From NCBI GenBank assembly GCA_951406725.2, contig OX597835.1:17360001-17424000 (forward strand): a DNA stretch of 64,000 nt, given 5' to 3'. This DNA is from Octopus vulgaris. Its lineage: Eukaryota. Position 1 is the first letter of the stretch; every line of letters starts with the position of its first letter. A program made the position numbers and the translations under genes. A model generated the notes under the pieces. It searched no databases. It was not told where the DNA came from and saw nothing but the letters and a program-made list of their open reading frames with translations. Shown here piece after piece: positions 26,298 through 37,729 of the stretch.

Positions 26298-27296
26298 GCA
26301 TATATTTGGTCATATATTTGCGTCTTTGTATAGTATGAGTGAGTTGGAAATATGTATGCATATATGTATATATGTATGTATGTAAGTATGTATATATATA
26401 TGTAAGTATGCATGTATATATGTATAGATGTACGTACGTAGATATATATGTAGGTATAATATCTCTGTTAGTATGCTGTAACTATTTGGAAGTTCAACGA
26501 CCGTAATATTGACTTACAGATAACTAACAGCGCATTTTTACTGTGGATTACTCATTTCATACACTGCTTGAAGCTCATATTTTATTAGACAAGAGATTCT
26601 CAACTACACAAGAAAGATTTTATAAAGAAGATTACAACACCTCTCCTTTACTCTCACCAGAATTTTCGAAAAATAAAGAAAGTAAAACCGACAGCGCTAG
26701 GACGCGAACGGAGAAAGCACACAGGAGCTCAAATACGGCAAATGGCGTTTTGCCCGGCTCTACACTCTTCTCTCAATTCTAACACACCTCCGCCCTCAAC
26801 AGACAGTATTTATAATCTTATAATTTCCATTATAATATCTATTACGTTTCATTCATGTAATTTAAAGAAAACATTGATCAGGTACTATTATATGATCATT
26901 TGCATTATATCAATTTTTTCCTGGCAGTGTTGGAGCAGCAAACAACACGATGTGCGTTTGGGGCGTTTAGCAAGAAATACAAGGTTTTGGGTTTGATTAA
27001 ACACATGTATGAATGTATGACGTCTGTTATATATTATATACTGTAATCGTGTGTGTAAACTAAAGATGATTATTGAATCAATTTTGGAAGACTGACCTGT
27101 TAGAAGACTCCCGCGATCGAATTCCTTTTGAAATTGTCGACCAGTTATGAAACGAGAGCCAAATGTAAAAAGTTGCTGGAAGAAGTTCCATGGAGCGAAA
27201 AACAGTTTGCGAAGCTCCAATAACAGACATTCTTTTGTTATATAAGTAAAAAATTATGTAACTTACGTTAACCAATAATATACGTATGCATGTATG

Positions 27297-27349
<53 letters not shown>

Positions 27350-27483
27350 GTTTATACACTCAAACGAACACACACACATCTATATACACATACATACCAG
27401 CATATGTGCGTGTGTTTATATGCATATCTATCTATCTATCTATCTATCTATCTCTCTCTCTATATATATAATACAGTATATAA

Positions 27484-27537
<54 letters not shown>

Positions 27538-27587
27538 ACTATATATCTATCTAACTACCTATATATAGGGAACTTGTTTTATTTTAG

Positions 27588-27641
<54 letters not shown>

Positions 27642-27896
27642 TCAACTGCGTTTGAATCGAACCTGTTTAAAAACTTTTTCACTTGTAAGTCCCTTGCCGC
27701 GCGATGGAAGTTCTTATAGCATTTTATCAACATTTCTGGATTCAATGTAATCAGCACAGAGACATCAACCTCAGTTCGTATTCCCAAAGTCCCTAGAATA
27801 ACTGCGTGTCAAATAATTACTTACCCATTGTTCCTATGGCGATATATAATATTAATACTGTAACCTTATCATTAAAAAAAAACCAACTACAAACAG

Positions 27897-28137
27897 ATTC
27901 TTTTATTCTTAAATTCTTTTACGTGCTTAGATCATTTGACTGTGGCCATGCTGGAGCGTCACTTTTAGTCGAGCAAATCCACCCCAGGATGTATTCTTTG
28001 TAAGCCTATTACTTACTCCATCGGGCCTTTTTACAGAACCAGTAAGTTACGGGGATCTAAACACGCCAGCGTCAGTGTCAAGCGATGGGGGATGCTGGTG
28101 GGGACACAAATACACAAATACACACACAAACACGCAC

Positions 28138-28187
<50 letters not shown>

Positions 28188-28351
28188 GTATATATACGAC
28201 GGGCTTCTTTCAATTTCCGTCTACGAAAGCCACGCACAGGACTTTGGTCAGCCCGAGGCTATAGTAGAAGACACTTGCCCAAGGTGCAACGCAGTGGGAC
28301 TGAACCCAGATCCATCCGGTTGAGAAGCTAGCATCTTACGGCACAGCCACA
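27897..28351 (-). mobile_element. SINE family A, diverged full length
   Basis: Collinear with 48667-49073 from tail to head. Confidence 0.88.
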
Positions 28352-28674
28352 GCTGAATATGTGACATCCGAATGTAATACGTAGATATATAATATGTTAA
28401 CATTGCTATATTATAAAGTGTAGTGAATACGAAATACAAGATTCACGCTTGTACTTAGGACATCTACGAGGCTGTGAAACGTTTGTATCCTCATTAACAT
28501 TCTTGTTATTGTAGCGTTGGATTTGTATTGGGTGTTTTGCTTTTTTGGTTCTTGGCAGTTCTGTTGTATATATTATGAGCTACATTGATATTTTGTGATT
28601 GCCCTCCATAGTGATTTTAACTATGGTGAAGTCAATTTTCGTATATGAGTTTCTAGTATATACATAATACATAC

Positions 28675-29029
28675 ATTGTCATTATCATGGTTCGGCTTCG
28701 CGAACGAAGATCAGGAAGGCTGTCCACGTCGCGTGCATGCACACTCATGACTGACAAGTCCGATATGGGAAAGGCAGGTCCGTGAGCAGTGTCCACAGAC
28801 GAAGGTAACATCTGGTGTGGTGTCAGAGGTGGCTCGCCCTTCCTTCCTCCTGCGTCTCTTGTCTAAAAGTGCGTCTCTTCTTTGTTCCTCAAACTTGTTG
28901 AAGATGTTGTGGCGCCAGACAGCACGGTCTGCAGCCAGGTCTGACCAGCGTTGGTGGTTAATTTGACATGCTGTTAGAGACTTCTTGAGGCAGTCTTTGT
29001 AGCGTTTCCTCGGAGCTCCTCTCACTCGG
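28675..29029 (-). mobile_element. 5'-truncated RTE-clade LINE, second family
   Basis: RGAPRKRYKDCLKKSL...WSDLAADRAVWRH...FVCGHCSRTCLSHIGLVSHE. Confidence 0.93.
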
Positions 29030-29125
29030 TATATATATGTATATGTGTGTGTGTGTATGTGTGTTTAAGTATGCATGCTTATGCATGTATAAAGATAGAC
29101 GTCTACATATATGAAAATATTAAAA

Positions 29126-29392
29126 CGAGAAGTCGGATTGAACAGGCTTTATTATAAATCACTACAACAGTTTCAAAACATAATTACCAGCCGTTCATTG
29201 CTAAATGTTACATTTATTATAAATAAAATTGCACCGCTCTCATGCCACCTGAAGAAATGTATATGTCACTATTGATGAGCGATATTAACGCAATGTCATT
29301 TATAATGTATATAACATTCAGCAAGGAACAACTGGTAATAATTTTTTGAAACAATTGTAGTGGATGTAATAAAGCCAGTTAAATCCATCTCG
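29126..29392. mobile_element. Fold-back element with ~90-bp imperfect inverted arms and a hammerhead core
   Basis: 29135-29224 is the imperfect reverse complement of 29298-29386. Plus strand ccac-CTGAAGA ... GAAA-caattg-TA-gtgg. Confidence 0.8.
29245..29363 (+). ncRNA. Type I hammerhead ribozyme motif with a ~90-nt stem II region
   Basis: Stem I CCAC/GTGG, core CTGAAGA (29249-29255), GAAA (29348-29351), palindromic stem III CAATTG, GUA cleavage triplet. Confidence 0.6.
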
Positions 29393-29917
29393 CATTAATG
29401 CTTGCACATAAACTACAGCTATGCACGGATTGCCGCATGTTTACCGGTTGACTGAAGATGTTCCAGTTCATAATCGCATTGGTAAGTCCACTATAAGATT
29501 TTTCACCCAGATTATATTAAAATCATATATCTTTATGTGTGTGTATGTGTGTGTGTGTGTGTGTGTGTACTTTAGATGGGTTAAAACATGTTTCTGTCAT
29601 ATTTCAATTTCTACAGGTACATTTTTCGCAGTAGCCACAGTAAAACATTCTCTCTTATGATAAAAAGGTGTGAAAACACCAAATCTGCCTAGTGTTGCTC
29701 CCTATCGGATTCCCAGATGGCTTTCTAGCTCCTTAGCCGTTATCAATAGAAAATACCGAAGAGAGTTAACACTTGTCACATATACCTAAGTGCACAACTA
29801 AAAAAAAAATATATGAAAAGAGTCGAAAAATATTATGAATATTACGTCGCACAACTGCCATTATGTTACTGCAGAGATATAACAATTCAACACTATCACA
29901 ATAGCTATACACAGTCA

Positions 29918-29918
29918 C

Positions 29919-29968
<50 letters not shown>

Positions 29969-29970
29969 TA

Positions 29971-30001
<31 letters not shown>

Positions 30002-30095
30002 CAATAATAGCAAAAATAATAATAACAATATTATTTCTTTATAAATAATAAATATAATAATAATAATAATAATAATAGTAATAATAATGATAATA

Positions 30096-30126
<31 letters not shown>

Positions 30127-30176
30127 CAATAATAGCAAAAATAATAATAACAATATTATTTCTTTATAAATAATAA

Positions 30177-30208
<32 letters not shown>

Positions 30209-30237
30209 TGATAATAATAATAATAATAATAATAATA
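29918..30237. repeat. (AAT)n array with an internal ~125-bp duplication
   Basis: acaataatagcaaaaataataataacaatattatttctttataaat occurs at about 30001 and 30126. Confidence 0.92.
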
Positions 30238-30662
30238 CTTTTTTTTATGCTATAGAAATTTTTTCGAACGAGTGTGAAAATAATGATAAAAAAATCCTGC
30301 CTTACTGTTATAATGAAGTAAAAATATCCACAGCCTATTCAAAGAAGAATGAAGACTCACCTGTAAAAGACAGAAAATAAAAGAACCATGTTAGACACGT
30401 TGATAATCTAGTATATATTACAATAGATTAGTAAAAATTATTTATTATATTTTAAAATGTGTTAATTCTAATAAGTTAGTACGTACTTTTGCAACCGTGC
30501 AATGAAACATATAGCAAAGGAACAGAACTATAACGACAATAAATAAGTTGGTACATTTGTTTAAGTGTATGATAATATATTTCATAAATATAAAATATTA
30601 TTATAGTTGGGGATGGTCTCTTTCGCCAACAAGACACACGCACTGTTTATTTCCGCTTCACT

Positions 30663-31086
30663 TTATTATTTTGGTTTGGTGCTGGTTCGGTCTTATTCCT
30701 GGTAGGGTTTATGTGAGTAGCGGAGTTACTACCTGTAATCTTAGGTATCCACGAGTTTTCAGCTGGCTTTCAAGTTCTTAGACCCTTCCTGATAATCCTT
30801 GCTGTTCCAAAGAGACAAACTTTCTGTGGGAGTTCTACTGGGCATTCTATTCCAACCTCCTTCAGCCATATGTCTATATCTTTGGTTACTGTTCCCAACA
30901 CACCAATTATTATAGGAAAGACCTTTACTGTTCGCATGCTCCAAATTCTTCCTATTTCAAATTTTAAGGGATTGTATTTTTTCGATCTCTTTCTTTGCGA
31001 TCCTGGGATCAAACGAGCATCATTGGTCGATCAGTAAGCAACTTCGCGTTTCCTTATGTATAATTATTATGTCAAGTTTAACTTTA
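30663..31086 (-). mobile_element. 5'-truncated R4/Dong-clade non-LTR retrotransposon (restriction-like endonuclease C-terminus)
   Basis: Frameshifted KLDIIIIHKETRSCLLID / CSFDPRIAKKEIEK / KYNPLKFEIGRIWSMRTVKVFPIIIGVLGTV...PQKVCLFGTARIIRK. Abuts (TAA)n at 31087-31140. Confidence 0.88.
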
Positions 31087-31087
31087 C

Positions 31088-31138
<51 letters not shown>

Positions 31139-31142
31139 CATC

Positions 31143-31346
31143 AAAGTGATGAGCTGGCAGAGTCGTTAGCAGAGAAAAGTGCTTAATGGCATTTCGTCCG
31201 TCTTTACGGCCTCTGTTCAAATTCCACCGAGGTTGACTTTCATCCTTTTCGTGTCGATAAATTAAGTACCAGGAAAATACTGGAGTCGACGTAATCGATT
31301 AGTCCTCTTCTCTAGAATTTAAGGCCCCCTACCTTTATTAGAAAGG
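31143..31346 (+). mobile_element. SINE family B
   Basis: gagctggcagagtcgttagca...gttcaaattccaccgaggttgacttt..gtcgataaattaagtaccag. Confidence 0.85.
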
Positions 31347-31374
31347 TTTATTGTTATCATTATTATTATTACTA

Positions 31375-31405
<31 letters not shown>

Positions 31406-31583
31406 TATTATTATAATCATCATTATTATCATTATTATCATTATTATCATTATTATTATTATCATTATTATTATTATTATCATCATTATAATCATTATTA
31501 ACATTATTATCATTATTATTATCATTATTATTATTATTATTACTATTATTATTATTATTATCATTATTATTATTATCTTCATT

Positions 31584-31615
<32 letters not shown>

Positions 31616-31754
31616 CATCATTATTATTATTATCATTATTATCATTATTATCATCATTATTATCATTATTATCATTATTATCATTATTATTATTACTATT
31701 ATTATTATTATTATCATTATTATTATTATTATTATCATTATTATCATCATTATT

Positions 31755-31793
<39 letters not shown>

Positions 31794-31804
31794 TATTATT
31801 ATTA

Positions 31805-31840
<36 letters not shown>
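31347..31840. repeat. (ATT/ATC)n microsatellite
   Basis: Seen directly. Confidence 0.95.
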
Positions 31841-31842
<2 letters not shown>

Positions 31843-32265
31843 TAATCCCCAAACTTGCTAGCCTTGTACCAAAATTTGGAACCAGGATGTTTTTCGATCG
31901 CTAGTTTGTTATTACAAATTGCTTTTTTATAAAAACAAAAAGATTGCGGACCCTCGCGTTTCTCCCTTAAAGGTATCACAAGAATACAAAGGAATGAACT
32001 GGAAAAATCATATCAGAAATGTTGCTATTGGTTCTAACTCGATTATATAGCAATTCTTTTTCCGTCGACATATGTATTTGCGCATTTTGTTATTGAATAC
32101 CACTTATAAACACACAACTATAGATGTAAAGAGACGGGAAAGGATATTAAAAGAAAATTATCCCATGAATTACGATAACACAAATAGTGGATTATAGCAA
32201 AGAAATTTACTATGGGAACTATATAAACAAAGAAGAGATGGAAAGAGAGAGAAAGGGAGGGACAA

Positions 32266-32297
<32 letters not shown>

Positions 32298-32576
32298 GAG
32301 AAGGCAGTAAGATACTAAAAAAAATCTCGGAGTTAAGTTTTTCAGAGATGCTTGTAGTTAATTAAGATTAATCGTTTTGTTGAAAAAAGCTTAAAGACGA
32401 CATTTCAATGAATATAAATTAAAATTTTAATTTTTAAGAATTCTCTAGACATTGACAACTTCAATAATTGCTTTCTTTTAGTAAAAGTTACATAATCCCA
32501 ACTAATTAATAACCAACTTTCTCTATTATGGTATAGTCAAGTTTAAACCCGTGCTATTTAATAAATGTGTTGATCA

Positions 32577-32783
32577 AAGGGGCGAGCTGGTAGGATTGTT
32601 ACCGCGCCGGGCAAAAAACTTAGCAGCATTTCGTCTGTCTTTATTTGCTAAGTTCAAGTTCCACCGGGGTCAAATTTGATCCTTTCGAAGTCAATTACAT
32701 AAGTACTATATAAAAACTGAGATCGATGTAATCGACTTAGCTTCACCTCCGAAATTGCTGGTCTTGTACAAAAATATGAAATC
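32577..32783 (+). mobile_element. SINE family B, degraded
   Basis: ggcgagctgg...gttaccgcgccgggcaaaa..cttagcagcatttcgtctgtc. Confidence 0.8.
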
Positions 32784-32871
32784 GATATACTAAATGGGTG
32801 TATGTGTATTAGAAAATCTGGTGTGTAAGAGATTTAACAGACGGAAGATTTGACGTATCTGGTGCTTAAAT

Positions 32872-33223
32872 GCTCTCTTTTGCTCTTTTACTTGTTGCAG
32901 TCATTTGACTGCGGCCATATTGGAGCACCGCCTTTAGTCGATCAAATCGACCCCAGGACTTATTCTTTGTAAGTCTAGTACTTATTCTATCGGTCTCTTT
33001 GCCGAACCGCTAAATTACAGGGACGTAAACACACCAGCATCGGTTATCAAGCGATGTTGGGGTGGAACAAACACAGACACACAAATACACACACGCGAAT
33101 ATATATACATACATATATATATATATATATACGTCGGGCTTCTTTCAGTTTCCGTCTACCAAATCCACTCACAAGGCTTTGGTCGACCCGAGGCTATAGT
33201 AGAAGACACTTGCCCAAGGTGCC
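32872..33223 (-). mobile_element. SINE family A, head truncated
   Basis: Matches from the tail through gaagacacttgcccaaggtgcc. Confidence 0.9.
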
Positions 33224-33459
33224 TGTTTGAAGTTTAAGTGAAAAGGAAAGAAGTTTAAGAGAAATGGAACTGATGATAAAGTACTAGGGTACTTCACCTG
33301 GCGTTTAATTTATTGCCATTGGAGGAATGAAAAGTCAAGTTGACGAGAGACGAATTCGAACTCAGAAGATAGAAGACTGGAACAAATACTTGAAAACGAT
33401 TATTCTGACACTTTAACGATCGTGCCAACCGAAAACCTTATAACACAAACAACAACAAT

Positions 33460-33880
33460 AGGCGCAAGAGTGGCTGTGTGGTAAGTAGCTTGCTAACCAA
33501 CCACATGGTTCCGGGTTCAGTCCTACTGCGTGGCATCTTGGGCAAGTGTCTTCTGCTATAGCCCCGGGCCGACCAATGCCTTGTGAGTGGATTTGGTTGA
33601 CGGAAACTGAAAGAAGCCTGTCGTATATATATATATATATATAATAAGTGTGTGTATATGTTTGTGTCTGTGTTTGTCCCCCTAGCATTGCTTGACAACC
33701 GATGCTGGAGTGTTTACGTCCCCGTCACTTAGCGGTTCGGCAAAACAGACCGATAGAACAAGTACTGGGCTTACAAAGAATAAGTCCCGGGGTCGATTTG
33801 CTCGACTAAAGGCGGTGCTCCAGCATGGCCGCAGTCAAATGACTGAAACAAGTAAAAGAGTAAAAGTAGTAAAGAGAGAA
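33460..33880 (+). mobile_element. SINE family A, full length
   Basis: Near-identical to 4378-4777. Confidence 0.93.
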
Positions 33881-33899
33881 TAATTATATAAAGTTTTCA

Positions 33900-34337
33900 T
33901 ACGTTCCGTGTTCAAATTCCGCGAAGGTCGAATTTGCCTTTTATCCTTTTACACTCGATAAAACAAGTACCAGTTAAGCACTGCGGTCGATATAACCCAC
34001 TCAGCCCCTCCTCCGAAATTCCTGGCCTTGTGCCAAAATTTGAAGCGAATAACTATTTCAAATTTCGATGCAAGGGTAGAAACTGCTGGACAGAGGGGAA
34101 TCGGTTACATCAATCTTAGTATTTGATTGCCTGACAGACAAAATTGCCCCTAGGTGAAATTTGAACTCATAGCGGTATTTCGTCTGCCGTTACGTTCTGA
34201 GTTCAAATTCCGCCCTGGTCGACGTAGCCTTTCATCATTTCGGGGTCGATAAATTAAGTACCAGTTGCGTACTGGAGTCGATCTAATTGACTGACCCCTT
34301 TCCTTCAAAATTTCGGACCTTGTGCCGAGAGTAGTAA
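33900..34337. mobile_element. Cluster of three SINE family B fragments (+, -, +)
   Basis: About 33900-34052 (+), 34057-34170 (-, degraded) and 34170-34337 (+, well preserved). Confidence 0.8.
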
Positions 34338-34437
34338 ATTCATTTAGTAGTGCTCGAAATATTCAATTTGAGCGGGTATAGGAGCAAATATGGGAATGAT
34401 CAGCCTAACGTGCTCATCCACACATTTGCTTATAAAT

Positions 34438-34491
<54 letters not shown>

Positions 34492-34496
<5 letters not shown>

Positions 34497-34702
34497 TAAT
34501 CCAAACAAGAAAACAAAAACAAAAAAACAACAACGCAAGGACGTGGAACAAGTAAAGTATTATTGGACGCTCAGGAAAGAAGGGAAGAAGGAGGGTTTGA
34601 CGTTTCGAGCGGAGCTCTTCGTCGGAAACATAGGAGAAGGAAAGATCCCGAGAAGGGAAGACAGGGGAAAAAAATCGCTAGTGATACAGACGAGGTCACA
34701 TA
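34492..34702 (-). mobile_element. Short PLE-terminal-repeat-like element with hammerhead core
   Basis: Pyrimidine/T-rich on the minus strand, abuts (TA)n, and contains the hammerhead motif at 34595-34629. Confidence 0.6.
34595..34629 (-). ncRNA. Minimal type I hammerhead ribozyme motif (U4C variant)
   Basis: GTTT-CCGACGA-a-GAGC(tcc)GCTC-GAAA-cg-TC-AAAC: stem I GTTT/AAAC, stem II GAGC/GCTC, ACGT stem III, GUC triplet. Confidence 0.65.
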
Positions 34703-35250
34703 CTAAAAGACGGAAGTAGTAAAAGTAGAAGAATAATTATTCAACACACTGTTTCTCATCAAGAATTTCGCAACACAAATTCATAAACGTATATATATAT
34801 ATATATATATATATACATCTACTCTATTACTCTATATAAGAATTATATCTTAGCCTCACTATTACGGCAGTACCAATGAGACCTAATCCTATAATTTAGG
34901 ATTACATATAGTCTTAGTTTTACTGATAGCTTACCTGTTATAATTTATACATTTAAAATTCATGATTAGTACTTCTAACTCCTATTTTTAACGGTTTTCC
35001 TGGTAATTAATGAGATGAAAAGCAAATTAGGCCTAGGTGAGGATTGAACTTAGAATACAGCGATCGAGGACAAATACGATTGTTTGTTTTCTCCGATGCT
35101 TTAATAACTCACGCAGTTTCACCATCGCTAGTATCAGTTGAAAATATGAAAGAATATTCAATGGCTTATTCGTAATGTTTCGGCTAAAAACACTTCTGTG
35201 TGTGTGTATGTGTGTGCGTGTATGTGTGTGTATATGTATGTGTGCATGTA

Positions 35251-35301
<51 letters not shown>

Positions 35302-35458
35302 GTTTATTATATATTATATATGCGTATATGTCTAGGCATGTAAATAAATCAAAATATTTCAATAAGAATGCAACTAATTTTGTTTATATCAAGAAATGTT
35401 ATGTTAATACGCGTTAAATAATAATAATGACAACAGCAACAACAACATCAACAACAGC

Positions 35459-35501
<43 letters not shown>

Positions 35502-35974
35502 GTAATGATGATAATAATAATAGCAATAAACATACGGTAATAATAAAAATTATTAGATTTCTAAAATATTTCAATTCTATAAAGCTTAAATGGAAGAATA
35601 TAAAATAAAGTTTAATGAATGCTTCATTATAATCTATAAATAACTTTGTCTGCCATAAAACCAACAAATATATACAAACATAAAACAGATGTAATCAGTA
35701 CATCGCATTGGAACCATATTAACAACATTAGCCTTTAAAAACACATCTATGCTATTAGAATCGCGTTCATATAATTATTATTTTGTGAAAATATAATGAA
35801 TGTTTGATTAAATCCCATAAATAATATTCTCTACGATAAAATTGTAAATACACAGACGGAGTAACATATGTAATCAGCCTGCATCGCGATAGAGTCATAC
35901 TTATTACCGGTCGAGGACACAGGCATTGTTATTTCTGCATTTGTTTATATTATGATGTTATTGTAACGTAATAG

Positions 35975-36200
35975 TGGAGGTGCGTGGATTTGTGGTTAGG
36001 ATGATTTGATGATTTCTATTCGGGGACATGGGGATGCGTTGTATTCTTGAGCAAGACATTCCATTCCATGCTGCTTCGTCCATTCATATGGTAAAAATGA
36101 GTAACACTGCGGCGGGCCGGTGAGCCATTTAATGGGAATATATACATCACAAATCCTGAGAAACCGACCTCCTAAGCTCGTGGTTCGAGGAAAAGACTTT
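35975..36200 (+). mobile_element. Degraded SINE with family D-like head
   Basis: tggaggtgcgtggatttgtggttagg...gttgtattcttgagcaagaca..aaaaatgagta. Confidence 0.55.
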
Positions 36201-36226
36201 GATAGTGTTTTTTTTTTCTTTTCTTG

Positions 36227-36326
36227 NNNNNNNNNNNNNNNNNNNNNNNNNNNNNNNNNNNNNNNNNNNNNNNNNNNNNNNNNNNNNNNNNNNNNNNNNN
36301 NNNNNNNNNNNNNNNNNNNNNNNNNN
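36227..36326. other. Assembly gap (100 N)
   Basis: Run of exactly 100 N, typical of a scaffold join of unknown size. Confidence 1.
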
Positions 36327-36431
36327 TTTCTTGACAACATAAAAAGTGTTGTATTGACCTATATAAATAGTTTTCTTCATTACAAATTTCGAACTAAAGA
36401 AGTATAAGTATCATTGGGTTGTATGAAAGTA

Positions 36432-36648
36432 CTATTGGTTTCAAATTTTGGCACAAGGCCAGCAATCTCTGAGAGAGTGTAAGTCGCTTACATCGAACCC
36501 ACTACTCAACGTGTACTTATTTTAACGACTCAGAAAGGAAGAAAAGCAGAGTCAACCACGCTTGCATTTAAACTCAGCATACAAGGCCACATGAAATGTT
36601 GCTAAACATTTTCTCCGGAGTGCTAACGATTCTGCCAACTCGCTGACT
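36432..36648 (-). mobile_element. SINE family B, older copy
   Basis: ggtttcaaattttggcacaaggccagcaat...gtgctaacgattctgccaactcgc. Confidence 0.85.
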
Positions 36649-36754
36649 TGCATGAAAATGATGCTGGCTATCGGAAATGATGGCATTTTATCCTATTCTA
36701 TATTTAGCTGGTGTGAGCAACGTAAGATAGCACAACTGTTCCACATGAGGACTA

Positions 36755-36972
36755 TATTCTTTTCTACTCTAGGCACAAGGCCCGAAATTTTGGGGGAGGA
36801 GGCCAGTCAATTAGGTCGACCCCAGTATGCAACTGGTACTTAATTTATCGACTCCGAAAGGATGAAAGGCAAAGTCAACCTCGGCGGAATTTGAACTCAG
36901 AACGTAAAGGCAGACGAAATGCTGCTAAACATTTTTTTCCGGCGTGCTAGCGATTCTACCTGCTCGCTGACT
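36755..36972 (-). mobile_element. SINE family B, younger or chimeric copy
   Basis: ctactctaggcacaaggcccgaaattttggg...gaaaggatgaaaggcaaagtcaacctcggcggaatttgaactcagaacgtaa. Confidence 0.9.
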
Positions 36973-37729
36973 TGTATGAAAATGATGCTGGCTATCGAAA
37001 AATGATGGCATTTTATCCTATACTATATTTAGCTGGTGTTAGCAACGTAAGATAGTACATCTTGGTGGATTACATGTTCCGCATGAGAACTATATTGACG
37101 GTGATTTAGTTAGGAAAGACAAATGTTATTTGATGCTACTAGGAGAGTGAAAATATGTTAGTTGTTGTGCTTTAGATTTTCCTGTAGGGGTTAGATGTAA
37201 AGGTTTTTTTTTATGGAGCACATCTGAGTCAGTGGCTGCTATCAGTTAGCCATCAATCAACGTCAATTAAACGCCATTTTCAAAGAAATCAAGGCAACAG
37301 CTGAGAGAACCAACCATTGGATATGGTTGAAAAGGAACGATGAGATCTGATTGCAGAAGTGGTGTATGGACGTGTGGCAGGGATTTGTTTGCCTATATCA
37401 CAAATCAAAAATGCATGACTTCACAATTTGAATGATGATGATGCATAAATGGACTTAAGTTCGAATACTGGTAAATCGATCCAGTTGTTGGGGCTTCGTA
37501 TCGGTGACGAGGATTGATGCAGTACAAAGACCTCGATAAACACACACATACATACGTGTGCGCGCGCACGCTCGGACACACACACACACTCACGCACGCA
37601 TACACACACACAGACACACACATGATGTTAAAGAAATGTTATATAGAGAGCCGTTGACAGCTTTAATGACACAAATATTTCTTCCAGGAACAACATGTAC
37701 TCGAGATTGAGAATAAGATCGTCATTGCA

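Noticed and set aside
28452-28487. Hammerhead-like CTTAGGA...GAAAcgtt (similar weak cases near 53340 and 59298)
   Set aside because: Core mismatches and no convincing stem I.
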